From assembly GCA_000002445.1 (NCBI GenBank), contig CH464491.1:1344001-1408000 (forward strand): a stretch of 64,000 nucleotides of DNA, in the 5' to 3' direction. The translations under genes were made by a program, and so were the position numbers. Below are positions 41,573 to 52,737 of this stretch, one piece after another (position 1 is the stretch's first letter; every line of letters starts with the position of its first letter). The DNA comes from Trypanosoma brucei. Taxonomy: Eukaryota. The notes beneath the pieces were generated by a model. The model saw only the letters and a list, made by a program, of their open reading frames with translations, was not told the origin of the DNA and searched no databases.

Positions 41573-43933
41573 ATGGAATACAAATCTGTTTTTGAACTTC
41601 GACAGCATATAGCAGACAATGTGACCCCTCCCAAGGGAAGGCATCGGCCCCCGGTGAGCGGGTGTAGTGGGTCAAGTGTTGAGAGTTCTCCAAGTTCCGG
41701 TTATTCAGGTGATGCTGGTATGGATGCAATTTTGGACGACCCAACAGCTCTCGTTTGTGAGGTTCCTGGACTCGACAAACTAAGGGCTCTCAGCGTCTCA
41801 TTAAAAAATGAAGAGGCCGTACAAAACTATGTGGAGGCGCGAAATCTTTCGGTGGAGGAGGCCACGCGGTACATTATGAATAACGGAAGTACTGGACAGA
41901 AGAAGTCTCTGTTTCAGCGGCTGGGCGACACACTTAACGGGTTGGAAATGACTGCTATGTCACAAGTGTTGATGATTGTCGTTGATTTTATGTGGGTGCA
42001 GGATCCCGAGTTGCAGTGCTTTGCCCCTGGAGCACTATTAGGTGTCCTGCCGCTGCTGAGTAGTTCTGTGGTTAGGGAACTTATGATGGTGACTAGCACT
42101 ATGCTAAACGTGAAAACCGCAGAAATCCGAATAGCGTGGAATAAACTTTTCCTTGCCTTTGTAGATCACCTCACCGCGAAGCAACTTGACAATGACATGG
42201 TTCCACTAGCTCTGAAGAAAGCAGAACATATAGAACCACAGGATCAGCGTGAGCTTAGCTGCGATCTAATCGGTGCCGTTTGTCATCATCTGCCCCGCGA
42301 TATTGTGGAGCGCAAATTGCTTAATAAGGTGCTTGCGCTTTGCCAGGACACTAACGTGGGCGTAAGGCGACATATGTGTCAGCAGTTGGGCACAGTTGCC
42401 CGTTCACTTGGTGTCGACAAGGCGAAAGAGAAGGTCGCTCAGGAGCTATTTGAGCTACTTAACGACGAGGATCAAACTGTGTCACGTGCAGCATTTTCTT
42501 GTTTGATAGACTTGGTCGAGTTTTTCGGCCCTGCCTATCGCCGCGAGCGTCTCTACCCGATAATAAGGGGGTTTATATCTCACCCACCGGAGGAGGTAGT
42601 GAGCCTTATTGTTGGTGAATTTGGGCGCTTTTTGTGGGAAATCAAGGCAGACATTCAGACAAGTGATGACGTCGCTATGTTTGCCACATTTTATCAGGAT
42701 GCAGCGTTGAAGGGGGACGACCACACCCGTTACCGGTGTGCATACAATCTACCTTCTGTTGTTGCTTCGCTACCCGTTGATGTGTTTCCAACCCACTTGG
42801 CTCCTTGTTGTGAGGCACTATCAACCGATGTTTGTGAGTCTGTTTGTCAGAGCCTGGCTTCTGGATTGCATGAATTAGTCAAGCTTATCGGTGACCGAGC
42901 CGCTGAGTATTTGCGGAAACCGTTCCTGAACCTCCTCCATAGTTCTAAAAAGAGTGTCCTGAAGGCCCTCTCCGGTCACACATGTGTTTTACTTGATTGC
43001 TTCTCCCAGCAACTCAAACCGGCGGACCGTACGGCGTTCTTCTCGACGATAGAGGATATTTTGCTGGACCTTGCCTCCCGTGCTGACAGGGACTGGCGGA
43101 TCATGGAATACGTGCTGAACATTCTTTGCTCTTACTACAAGGAGTTGAATGAGACGTCTTTGCACGAAAAGTTTCTGCCAGTGCTCCTAAGATATGAGAA
43201 ATATGGGGCGTACTGTTTGAAAAACCAGTGCGCTGAAATGTGTATAAAGATTTCTGCAGCGCTATGTAGCGTTAATAGCAAAGTACAATTCTTCAGTAAG
43301 TTGAACAATGAGTATGCACATAGCCCTCTGGCTTCCGTGCGTCAGGGTTATCTACGCTTTGTAAGAGCTGCTTGCGGTGAGTTTTCTCGGCGTTTTATTA
43401 GAGAACGGATGCTTGAATGCTGTTTTGAGCTTCAACATGATAATATGGAAGGAGTGCGACTGGAGCTGGCTCGCATACTGCCGCTGCTGCGGAAGGTGCT
43501 GGAACCGTTAACGACAGGCACTGTGCTAGATGAGTATCAGGACATGGTGCGTCGTCTGCAAATGGATGACAGTAGTGAGGTGCGTGCTGTGGCAGTTGAC
43601 AGTGTGGATATAATAGAAGCCCGTGAGCGGGAGTTGAAGCGAGACGCAGGAAAGAACAAATTCGAAGAAGAATCCAGGGAGGACAGACGGCGTGAAATGT
43701 CTGAAGGTCAGCTTCTGGACGTAGCGAAAGAATATGACAAAGCTGAACGCAGGTCGAAGCTGCGAGACCTCCTCAAATCTGAGAGGGAAAAGGAGCAAGC
43801 GGAAGCTACGCGGAAACTTGGGGTGGGGCGACGATCAATGAAACCGAGTTCGGCACAATCGCAGGTGAAACGGCCACAGCAAAGTCCCGTGAGAGCCCCA
43901 ATAGCTGGTCCTTCCCGGCAGAAACGGCATTAG
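41573..43933 (+). CDS. Hypothetical HEAT/ARM-like helical-repeat protein with a charged coiled-coil C-terminus
   Basis: ATG checked at 41573. 786 aa with repeated amphipathic helix pairs (for example LGTVARSLGVDKAKEKVAQELFELLNDEDQTVSRAAFSCLIDLVEFFG). The C-terminal 120 aa are a Glu/Arg/Lys-rich coiled coil. No catalytic motif. Confidence 0.5.
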   Translation: MEYKSVFELRQHIADNVTPPKGRHRPPVSGCSGSSVESSPSSGYSGDAGMDAILDDPTALVCEVPGLDKLRALSVSLKNEEAVQNYVEARNLSVEEATRYIMNNGSTGQKKSLFQRLGDTLNGLEMTAMSQVLMIVVDFMWVQDPELQCFAPGALLGVLPLLSSSVVRELMMVTSTMLNVKTAEIRIAWNKLFLAFVDHLTAKQLDNDMVPLALKKAEHIEPQDQRELSCDLIGAVCHHLPRDIVERKLLNKVLALCQDTNVGVRRHMCQQLGTVARSLGVDKAKEKVAQELFELLNDEDQTVSRAAFSCLIDLVEFFGPAYRRERLYPIIRGFISHPPEEVVSLIVGEFGRFLWEIKADIQTSDDVAMFATFYQDAALKGDDHTRYRCAYNLPSVVASLPVDVFPTHLAPCCEALSTDVCESVCQSLASGLHELVKLIGDRAAEYLRKPFLNLLHSSKKSVLKALSGHTCVLLDCFSQQLKPADRTAFFSTIEDILLDLASRADRDWRIMEYVLNILCSYYKELNETSLHEKFLPVLLRYEKYGAYCLKNQCAEMCIKISAALCSVNSKVQFFSKLNNEYAHSPLASVRQGYLRFVRAACGEFSRRFIRERMLECCFELQHDNMEGVRLELARILPLLRKVLEPLTTGTVLDEYQDMVRRLQMDDSSEVRAVAVDSVDIIEARERELKRDAGKNKFEEESREDRRREMSEGQLLDVAKEYDKAERRSKLRDLLKSEREKEQAEATRKLGVGRRSMKPSSAQSQVKRPQQSPVRAPIAGPSRQKRH

Positions 43934-46900
43934 GCTTTTTCCCCATTCCTCAACACTCTGCGGCTTGTAGTTTTTGTAGGGTCGAATGGTAACCATGTAG
44001 CATCTTTTTTTTTTCTTGTTGGTGTTGGGCGGCGACGGCGCTATAAAACGAAAACGACAGGAGACGGGGAGGGGAGTTGTGACGGAGATCGTAGGTGTTT
44101 TTTTTTCTTTTTTGTTGCCTTCGTTTGTCCTTATTGTTTTTGTATGGGAGAAGAGGAAACTACATAAACAAGTAACAAAAAACAACATGACGATGTGAAA
44201 AAAACAACAACAACTAATGAGTAGAGCACAAATGACTGACTACGAATATGAACGAAGACTCGGCTCTAGCGGTATGAAGGCGATGAAGTACTGTGAAAAG
44301 AGGAGACGTAAGGGAAACAAAAAAGAGAGAGGAATGAAAGAGGAGATTTAAGACACCATCACCAACACCAACAACAAAGAATTTCATGAGAGAAGAGGAA
44401 TAATTTATTAACAACAGGGGAAGAGGAGGAAGGAAAAATAAAATAAAATTAATCAAAAGATAAATCAAAAGATAAAAACAAACAAACAAAAAAGAAACGA
44501 ATAAAAGAACAGAATGAGGGTACTTTAAATTTAGGATTTTTGGGAAGTGATGTGGAATTCAGATGTGCCCCTCCCCCCGTATGTTTTCCCTCTCTAGTTT
44601 TTTTTTCATTTTCTCCCTTTCGTTTCTTCTTTGCGGCAACATTGGTGTCAGCTTACCTATGCAAATTTCTCCATTTTGTGACGGTTTACTTTCTTTGGGT
44701 TGCTGTTTCTTTTTTTTTTTTACTTCTGCTTTGTGTTTTGTTTCACCTTTACCATTTTCTTCCGTCTTTCTATTACGTGTCTTTTTTCTTTTTTTTTCTT
44801 TCGTCGTTTTGTTGTTGTTGTTGTTGTTGTTTTATTCGTTACGGGACGCCAAGATCAGAGTACTTTTTGCATGTTGATATGTATATTTTTATATATTTAA
44901 TTGTAAATATAGTTGTATATATACATATATACATACACATATGTGTGTGAAGCGCGTGGGGTAAAAAAAAAGAAAAAAAAGAAAGGACAATAGCCAAAGA
45001 GGGAATAAAAAAGGAAGAGAGATGAGTCACATATATGTGTATTTATATATTTATATATCTGTATATATATATATATATATATATGCGTATGTGTCTTTCT
45101 TTCTTTGTATGCCCTTGCGTGTGGTGGGAACTATTGAGAGGGCGAGTTAAATAATAAGCAGCATGAGGAAATTGAAGGTGAAATGAGGAAGAAGAAGAGG
45201 AAGAGGAACAAGGACGGAGAGGGTGAGGAATCGTGAAGACGGCAGCAAGGGAAATAATAAGAAAAAAATGAGGTAAATCAGGAGAAGGAAAGTAAATAAA
45301 TAAACACATCCGAATATGAATGAATAAAAAAAGAAAAAAAATATATATAACATTTAAACACGCAAGCAATATATTTATACGAATGTTTATGTTTATATGG
45401 AGGTTAGTGTTACTTGATGGAGCACGTGTGTGTGTGTGTGTGTGTGTTTGTTTGTTTGTTGAGGGGGAGGGGAACGCCTTCATGTTCTGTATCTGTCTTC
45501 TCTTCTCTTCTTTTTTTTTTTGTTGCGTGTGCGTGCGTGTACGTGTGAAGTTCACATGTACATGTTTTTTTTTTTCTTCGGGTAAAGGAATTTGTTTCAT
45601 TAAGCGGCCTTCAGGTACTTCATGAGAGGAACTAAATGGGGGTATGCAAATGAGAGGTGAATGTGTGGCGGGGAGCGGAAGGGGTAATGGTAATATCTCC
45701 ATTTAGTGTTTGAGGAAATCTACTGTGTGTGTGTTTTTTTGTGTGTGTAAAATATTGTGCCCTCCTTCTCGAAAGTTGCAGGTAGTTGGGTCTCTTTCAG
45801 CGTTTTTATTTTCTTGCACTCATATATTTGATTTGTTGTTTCTTTTTTCTTTTCCTCCTCCTTGTCATCACTCTGTTATTATGATTACAACTATTACTCT
45901 TATTGGTATTTTTTCCGTTTCCCCGTCAGTGCTTTCTGTTTTTTTCTTTTTTTATTCATTCCCCCCACTCCTTTCAGCCGCATTTGTTTCCTTTCCTCTC
46001 CTCTCCTCTGCGCTTCTTGTTTCTCTTCTTTTCCCTCTTTACCATATTTTATTTAATAACAACTTTACGAAATGCATTATTCACAAATGCCGCTATTGCT
46101 CTTCTTGTGTTTGTTTTCTGCTTTACTTTTTATTTTGTTTTTTTTTCGTTTCTTTTTTTTTGTTTTCCCGTAACTTCCACCTCACCACCCTCCACCTCCT
46201 CCTCCACCTCCTTTTCTTCTTTTTCATTTTCCTCCAGTCGATTACGTGCTTCGAATGATAGTTTGAAGAAACGGCGAGCAATTTGTGTTGCCGCCGTCGT
46301 GTTATGTTCAGCTTTTTAATGTCGGTAATTTATTGACTCATTCACCCGCTTTTCCTCTTCCTTTTCCTTTTTTTTTTACAAATGCATATGTGTATTTGTA
46401 TTGCACTGTGCTTGTGCATATACATATGTCTCATCATGTTTGTTATTATTACTTTGGTTATTACTCCCACTACCATACACACTCCCCTCCCTCATTATTA
46501 CTACCCTCAAAACCCGAATCGTGAAGAAAGTTAAAAAAAAAAAATAAACACACAATAAAAAAAAAAGAAAAAAGAGAATTAAGACAAAGAAACAAAAAAA
46601 GAAAGACGACAGGAAAGAAAAGTAAGGGTCGAAACAAAGAAAGCGAAGAAAAACAAAAAAAAAAGAGAAAGATTTAAAAGAAAAACAAAAGAGACAAAAG
46701 AAGAGAAGAGGTGATTAAACAAATTGCCGCGTTTTTGTTGCTCTTGTGTACGTGTGCAAGAGTGGGTGGGGAGGGACTGCATAGGTGGTGACTTCACCTC
46801 CTCCCTTATGATGTTCAACCTTGTAATTTCTAACTTATTGATGTTTATTCTTGGTTGATTGGTATCTGTTGTTTCACACTCTTTCCATCCATGCAACTTT

Positions 46901-47858
46901 TTCTTTCCATTCTCTTTCATTCTTATTCTTATTCTTGATCTTTTTTTTTTTTTGAGTCTATTTTGTGTATACTTGTGTTTGTGTATGGAGGCACTTGTGC
47001 AATGACCACCGTGGCATCTCCGTGGTTGCATATGCGCGCTTGTAACATTCATTAAACATATATGTGAGTTTTACTATTAGTGAAGGAGTAAATAAAAGGA
47101 AAAAGGGATGTAAAGGTGGGGACAGTAGTCCTTCCAGTTGCAAGTGTGTGGTGTCTTTAATTTTGGTATTTCTGTGCGTAATGTAGTGCGCAGAGGAGTG
47201 TGTGTGTGTGTGTGTGTGGAAGCATTTGCATCAGCATGGAAAAATGATATTAAATAGTTCTCTCATATTGTATCATTAATGGATGCGCGGATTTACTCGC
47301 AGTGGGTTAAAAATGATCTGACCTCTCAAGTCTGGAGGTTATGGAGCTTATTTGATCTCGGAAGAAAGTTGAGTGTTTTATTCCTGCACTTTTAGGGTCA
47401 CTGATTCTCAACGTATCACGAGGATGTGGAGTCCTAGAAGACATTAGTTGATTGTTTTTTTTTTTCCTATAAATAAATATATATGCTCTTCTGTTTGTCT
47501 ATTCGCTTTGATGGTGTGCTCGTTAACAACGCGTCGCTCGTTTTTTTTCTTTCGCCCGTCATTACATTCTTATTCTTTTGATTTTTTGTTCCTTCCTTTC
47601 TTCTTTTACTGACGTTTACCCTCCACCCCCCCCCCCCACACACACACATCCACCACGCTGTTGTTAATTGAATCAGTGGGGGAAAGGTGGAAAGGTAAAA
47701 AAAAAAAAAGAGAACAAACGAGAGGAGACTGCAAAGGCACGCTGCGTCTCCTTCTCAGCGTTCGTACGTGACAATTTCTTTCTCTTCTTTCAGCACAGGT
47801 TTAAACGGGAAAGAGAGAGAGAGAGTCTCAAAAGTTTGCAGCGTACGTGCAGATTCCA
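43934..47858. repeat. 3.9 kb low-complexity intergenic spacer with alternating homopurine and homopyrimidine blocks plus microsatellites
   Basis: Block structure read off the plus strand. A/G-rich at 44190-44520, 45150-45400 and 46497-46740. C/T-rich at 44560-44880, 45700-46500, 46800-46960 and 47540-47650. Embedded repeats: (GTT)n 44808-44832, (TA)n 45062-45084, (GT)n then (GTTT)n 45426-45460, (TG)n 47199-47218, C13 at about 47626-47640, (GA)n 47812-47825. All ORFs here are low-complexity translations. Confidence 0.8.
47551..47660 (+). promoter_or_regulatory. Long polypyrimidine tract upstream of the TFIIS-like gene (candidate splice-acceptor signal)
   Basis: cattacattcttattcttttgattttttgttccttcctttcttcttttactgacgtttaccctccaccccccccccccacacacacacatccacc, about 200 nt upstream of the ATG at 47859. 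Confidence 0.45.
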
Positions 47859-48500
47859 ATGGGTAAGGATTCCAATGATGGGAAAATAGGCGTAAAGCGC
47901 TTCAGAGAGGAGTCCAAAACGGCTTTGGGGGCACCCACATCGCCTCCGGTGACACCCAATTGTATAAATAACACATCTGTCACAGTGAGAAATATTGAGG
48001 GAAGACAAGGGGACACCCGCTTAACAAAGTGGAAAACGCTGTTATGCAAAGCACTCATGCAAGGACGGAAAGAAGAGGATGAGGGACGTGTTGCGGATAT
48101 GGCGTTGCGTATTGTAAAGGCTATTCCGGGCGGGCGCTCAGAGTCCGCTGACACATTCCGTATGTTGTTAGTTCATTTGGGTGATGCTAAAAATAGGGAA
48201 CTTCGAGAGAGTATTATTGAAGAAAAGTTTAGTGTGGAGGTTTTGGTGCGTATGAAAGAGAGGGATTTGTTGAATCCCGAAGAGCGTGAGCGCCAGGAAG
48301 CGGCCTTCTTGGCACGTAGCAGGGATACGGATCTAACAGAAATACGGAAAGCGACGTCCACCACTTCTACCCTCTTTCCTTGTCCATCTTGTAAGGCCAA
48401 GAACTGTACTTGGACACAAAAACAGACACGATCAGCCGACGAACCGATGACTATATTTTGTATCTGTAATATCTGTGAGCACAAATGGCGTCGCTATTAG
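47859..48500 (+). CDS. Transcription elongation factor TFIIS-like protein (C-terminal zinc ribbon)
   Basis: The ORF track start 47847 is GTG. The first ATG is at 47859. The C-terminus CPSCKAKNCTWTQKQTRSADEPMTIFCICNICEHKWRRY (48381-48497) matches the TFIIS C4 zinc ribbon, including the RSADE acidic loop. Confidence 0.7.
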   Translation: MGKDSNDGKIGVKRFREESKTALGAPTSPPVTPNCINNTSVTVRNIEGRQGDTRLTKWKTLLCKALMQGRKEEDEGRVADMALRIVKAIPGGRSESADTFRMLLVHLGDAKNRELRESIIEEKFSVEVLVRMKERDLLNPEERERQEAAFLARSRDTDLTEIRKATSTTSTLFPCPSCKAKNCTWTQKQTRSADEPMTIFCICNICEHKWRRY

Positions 48501-49144
48501 ACGGGACGGTTGTTGTTCACGCCAGGGGCAAAATGTAGGGCGAGAATGAGTGAAGCTCAAACAGGAAAGTCGAAGCGGTAATACGCGTAGCGTGTATGCA
48601 CTCGCGTGTACGGAGGCCGATGTTGGCTAGGATTTTTGGTGGGTCAGTTTTTTATCCTTTCTTTCTCCTCCTCAATGACGTCTTTTTTTTTGTTTTTCCT
48701 TTTCCCCCATGCTTAACGACCGAATTAGAACTCATCAAAGTTGTTTTCAACGTTTAAGCTGAGCGAGTTCAGTTGTGAGTGCTCGGGACTTGACTTCCCA
48801 CCCCCGACATAATACCGGTGATATAGATAATGTGCCACATGTACCTCCGTGAACCTCGTATAAGAAGTGTGTGTGAGTGGGCGGTTGCTCTCGAGTTAAG
48901 TGGGACATCACCTGACAAGGGGACACACTATTAAGGTTGCCTTTCGCACTTAACCCAGTTCACACGTTTTTACCGATGTAAGTTCGTGTCTTGTATGCCA
49001 TTGTAGGGGAGTGAACCCTCAACTGGAGGGATTTTGCGCCGTTTTTCGTCCCTTCTGCTAACCATTTTATCTTCCTTCCTGTTTTGCTCTTTTCGTCTTT
49101 CGCATTTCCTGGTTGTATCTATTTGAGTCTCTTTAGCACTATCC

Positions 49145-50548
49145 ATGCGAAAAGCCTTGGTGGAACCCCATGAAGGAGGCGAGGCCCTCCCCATAAAGGA
49201 GTCGTCACCGTCAAGCTCCGTAGCGGCTACGGGAGTTGGCGAGGGTTCCTACCAGGAGACAAAAAGGTACCGCACGTGGCGAAAACACACACGTGATCTC
49301 TACCAGAGGTTAACTCACATCGACCTTGTATGGGAGAGTCCGGCAGTACGTTTAATGCCATTCAGCACCTCAAAACCAGGGCTACTCACTCGCACGCTTC
49401 TGTGCTGCACGCGTGCATGTAATGGAGACCAATCTTACCTGCAGTTGCTTTCTGTCACAACACCAAGTTGTGCTGAATCTCTTGATGCCACGTACAGCAC
49501 ATACTGTGAGGCTACGGGTGAGGTTGGTGGCTACGGAATGGCACCCTCTGCTGTTGGGCTGCGCATAGAGCGTTCTATACTTCATGATGGTGAACCACTC
49601 ACCGCTCGATACATGCACGCCAACCCACTCATTATTGCTTCCGGTTCTAAAGATGGCAATGCTTATGTATTTGACTGGTCAAGAATCTCGCTGAATAAGT
49701 TTCCTAATGACCCACCGCGCCCACGTGCTCCGCTTCCTCCAAATGAACCCAGTGAAGGGGATACCGGTGAGGAGCGTGCACTTTATAACAAGCGAATGTC
49801 CGCTCTGCAAGCTGTGGTTAGGGAGCAAGACCGTTGGGACAAGAGGCACGGTGAGGGGCAACACCTTTTAACCCTAACGGGGGGAAATGGCCCGTGTGGT
49901 GCACTCGACTGGAGCACAACTACCGATGGTACCGTTGCGGCCGGGTCCCTCGGTAGAATTTGTGTTTGGCAAATCGCAAACATGTCCAAAGATGACCCTC
50001 GGGTTGTTTCCTGCGTCCAAAAATATACCATAGAAAATGAGTCGCGCGTGAACGAGGTTTCCTTTTCATGGATGGAGCCAACCAGCTTCGTAGCATCAGT
50101 AGAGTCTGGCGCTGTCTTGCGAGGCGACATACGTGACCCTCAGTTATCTCAACTGTTCCGTCTGGAAGTGCCGGCAACGTCTTCTTCGGTTTCTCCACTT
50201 GATGGTACCTCGCTTCTAGTGGGCTCGGAGGAAGGTGAAGCGTTTTATTATGATCTTCGTTACACGTTGCACCCTGTAATGACTGTAGAGCTTCACGAAG
50301 GCGCTATCTCATCGGCACAATGGTGTCCACACTCGCGACACCTCTTCTGTACTGGTGGCGAAGGTGATGCCATGTGCTGTGTGTATAATGTGACAGCCAA
50401 TCGTCTGCTGTTTAAGCACGCCGGTCATGTCGAGAATGTGACTGATGTGTCATGGGATTGGCAGGAGGGATGTGAGGGTCAACTTGTTTCTGCTGATGCG
50501 TGGAGTGTCATGCTGTGGAGACCAAGGGATATTTTCTATACTTCTTAA
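49145..50548 (+). CDS. WD40 histone-binding protein of the RBBP4/RbAp48/CAF-1 p48 family
   Basis: ATG checked at 49145. The N-terminal helix YQETKRYRTWRKHTRDLYQRLTHIDLVWESPAV parallels RbAp48 [27 protein letters not shown]. WD repeats follow (LIIASGSKDGNAYVFDW, FCTGGEGDAMCCVYNV, LVSADAWSVMLWR). Confidence 0.6.
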   Translation: MRKALVEPHEGGEALPIKESSPSSSVAATGVGEGSYQETKRYRTWRKHTRDLYQRLTHIDLVWESPAVRLMPFSTSKPGLLTRTLLCCTRACNGDQSYLQLLSVTTPSCAESLDATYSTYCEATGEVGGYGMAPSAVGLRIERSILHDGEPLTARYMHANPLIIASGSKDGNAYVFDWSRISLNKFPNDPPRPRAPLPPNEPSEGDTGEERALYNKRMSALQAVVREQDRWDKRHGEGQHLLTLTGGNGPCGALDWSTTTDGTVAAGSLGRICVWQIANMSKDDPRVVSCVQKYTIENESRVNEVSFSWMEPTSFVASVESGAVLRGDIRDPQLSQLFRLEVPATSSSVSPLDGTSLLVGSEEGEAFYYDLRYTLHPVMTVELHEGAISSAQWCPHSRHLFCTGGEGDAMCCVYNVTANRLLFKHAGHVENVTDVSWDWQEGCEGQLVSADAWSVMLWRPRDIFYTS

Positions 50549-50878
50549 AGAAGGGTTTTCACGATAGGAACCAGAAAAATCACTACCACTGTTAATCCTT
50601 TGTTTTAATTTTCACCGTTCTACTGGCTTCTTGAACATGGTAGGGGAGGGCAAGAGGGAATTTACGGAGGTAGGTGGGGGAGGTCTTCCACTATGTCGCA
50701 GTTTCCCTCTTTTTGGACGGTGGGTAATATTCACTGCTTTTCTATACCTTTCTGTGTCTTCTCTTTATTTGTAAAAGTTGAGGTGAAAGAGGGACGATAA
50801 CCGAGAGGCTACACGGTTATAGGCTTCGGTAGTGGAAAGAGGAGGGCATACGTTTACGGAGCGTCTGGGAAGGTAGAG

Positions 50879-52684
50879 ATGAGTGGGTCACCGAGTGACG
50901 TTGTACGCAAGGCGTGGTCGGATATAGCGTTAGATAGCCGATTGGTGGAGGCTATTAAGAAACTGAAGTGGAAGGCCCCTACCCCAGTGCAGAGCGCATG
51001 TATTCCGTTGGCGATGAAGGGGAGAGATTTGGCGATTCAGTCACAGACAGGTACCGGTAAAACTGGGGCCTTTCTCATTCCAGTAATACAGCGCATTATT
51101 ACCGAGAATGAACGTGCATGTGGCCGCCGCAACGCGCAAAACCCTGTCGCTCTAATATTGTTGCCATCGGAGGAACTCTGCAAGCAGACGGTGGAGGTCG
51201 CTAATGCGCTGACAAGATATGTGAAACCGCGAATTATAGTGAATGATTTAACCTCACGTGTATCCACCGCAAATGCGTTGCGCCTCACCGCTGCACCAAT
51301 ACTTGTTAGCACCGCTGCCTCGCTGGGCAAACTGTGCCGCAATGGTTCTGTTACCTCAGATGACATGAAGCCGCTGCGTTGCGTTGTGATTGACGAGGCC
51401 GACCTGATCATGTCGATTGCGGAGGGCTCACTACGAGCAGTGCAATCAGTGCTACCAACGTCTGCGCAGACAATCTTGGCTTCCGCCACGTTAACGGATG
51501 GTGTCGCTCAGATTAAGGGCCAGCTACTTCATAATCCAATAACGGTATCACTTAAGCCAGATGACGGGGAGAAGGAACCGACAGGTTGTGAAGGGCCAGT
51601 GGGGGCAGAGGACGTTGTGTTGGAGTCACGTGTGACGGTTCGCGGTGGTGCAGCAGCCGCTGGTACGTTGCGCCATTACTACTTGGTGTCAACTGATGAG
51701 TGCCATCATCACACCCTGTTGTATGCACTTTACCGTCTAGGGCACATTAAGGGTAAGACCCTTGTCTTCGTGAACTCTGAGGATACAACATACAAGTTGC
51801 ATAATTTCCTTGCGCAGTTGGGCATCAACGCTCTCGTATATGACAGCAACTTACCGATGAATGTTCGTGTGGATGCGCTTCGCCGCTTTCAAACTGGGAA
51901 GGTTGGCACACTTGTGTGTACAGATGGGACGCTTGAAAGCTTGGACCGCATGCGGGGTGCAACTGACGGTGATGAGGAGACGACTACCTCTACTCCAAGG
52001 TCTAATTCACGGGGAAAGAGGAAGTCTCTCGCTGCGGGTGGTGATGAGGGTGGTAGTGCATTGCATCGTGGTATTGATTTCTCTGATGTGAGCAATGTTA
52101 TTCTCTTTGATGGTGTTACCAATGCCACAACCTCGGACTTCTCCCGTTACACGCACCGTGTGGGGCGTGCTGGGCGCGGAAACAAAGATGGAGTGGCCAT
52201 CACATTTTTAACCCTTCATCAAGCGAGGAAGGTGAAGCAGCAACTACGTGACTACCTGGGGGGTACATTCCAATCTTTCGCTCCTTTCAAGCAGCTGGAT
52301 CGACATGCGGCGTCACGATTGCAGTACCGCGTGGACAATGTGTTGGCATCGATCACCCGCTCCTCTACTCGCCGTCAGCGCGTTGCAGCCGTCGCGGCGG
52401 AGCTTACGCGTAGTGCGCACCTCATGAGCCATATGGGTGATAAAGACAGTGGCGTCCTCAAGCGTATTCTCTCACGCTCCAAGGGAGATACAAAGTGCGA
52501 CCAAACAGTGGTGGATGTGCCGGAATATATGCGTATTAAAGGAGCTGACTCTGCGGAGAGTTACCGTAGGCGGGTGCGCGCACCAAAAAAACATACGACA
52601 GCGGTTGCCAAACGGTCAGCCCAAAAAAGGTCTCGTGACCCACTTGGTAGTTTGACGAGTTCGTTGAAGCGGCGCAAGTTGTAA
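50879..52684 (+). CDS. DEAD-box ATP-dependent RNA helicase (possibly the DDX56/Dbp9 ribosome-biogenesis subfamily)
   Basis: ATG checked at 50879. Q-motif/motif I PTPVQSACIPLAMKGRDLAIQSQTGTGKTGAF, DEAD at 51393-51404, SAT, motif VI HRVGRAGRGNKDG. Basic C-terminal tail. Confidence 0.85.
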   Translation: MSGSPSDVVRKAWSDIALDSRLVEAIKKLKWKAPTPVQSACIPLAMKGRDLAIQSQTGTGKTGAFLIPVIQRIITENERACGRRNAQNPVALILLPSEELCKQTVEVANALTRYVKPRIIVNDLTSRVSTANALRLTAAPILVSTAASLGKLCRNGSVTSDDMKPLRCVVIDEADLIMSIAEGSLRAVQSVLPTSAQTILASATLTDGVAQIKGQLLHNPITVSLKPDDGEKEPTGCEGPVGAEDVVLESRVTVRGGAAAAGTLRHYYLVSTDECHHHTLLYALYRLGHIKGKTLVFVNSEDTTYKLHNFLAQLGINALVYDSNLPMNVRVDALRRFQTGKVGTLVCTDGTLESLDRMRGATDGDEETTTSTPRSNSRGKRKSLAAGGDEGGSALHRGIDFSDVSNVILFDGVTNATTSDFSRYTHRVGRAGRGNKDGVAITFLTLHQARKVKQQLRDYLGGTFQSFAPFKQLDRHAASRLQYRVDNVLASITRSSTRRQRVAAVAAELTRSAHLMSHMGDKDSGVLKRILSRSKGDTKCDQTVVDVPEYMRIKGADSAESYRRRVRAPKKHTTAVAKRSAQKRSRDPLGSLTSSLKRRKL

Positions 52685-52718
52685 CGTTTGGGTGTTGGAT
52701 CGCAAGAAGGAACTGTAC

Positions 52719-52737
52719 GTGTGTGTGTGTGTGTGTG
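52719..52737. repeat. (GT)n microsatellite
   Basis: gtgtgtgtgtgtgtgtgtg, read directly from the sequence. Confidence 0.9.

Noticed and set aside
44540-46524. Several 60-220 aa ORFs on both strands in the 44-47 kb spacer (for example 45710-46258 plus, 45043-45702 minus, 46579-47052 minus)
   Set aside because: All are translations of homopolymeric or dinucleotide tracts (poly-Phe/Leu/Ser, poly-Lys/Glu) with extreme composition. They are ORF-finder artefacts of low-complexity DNA.
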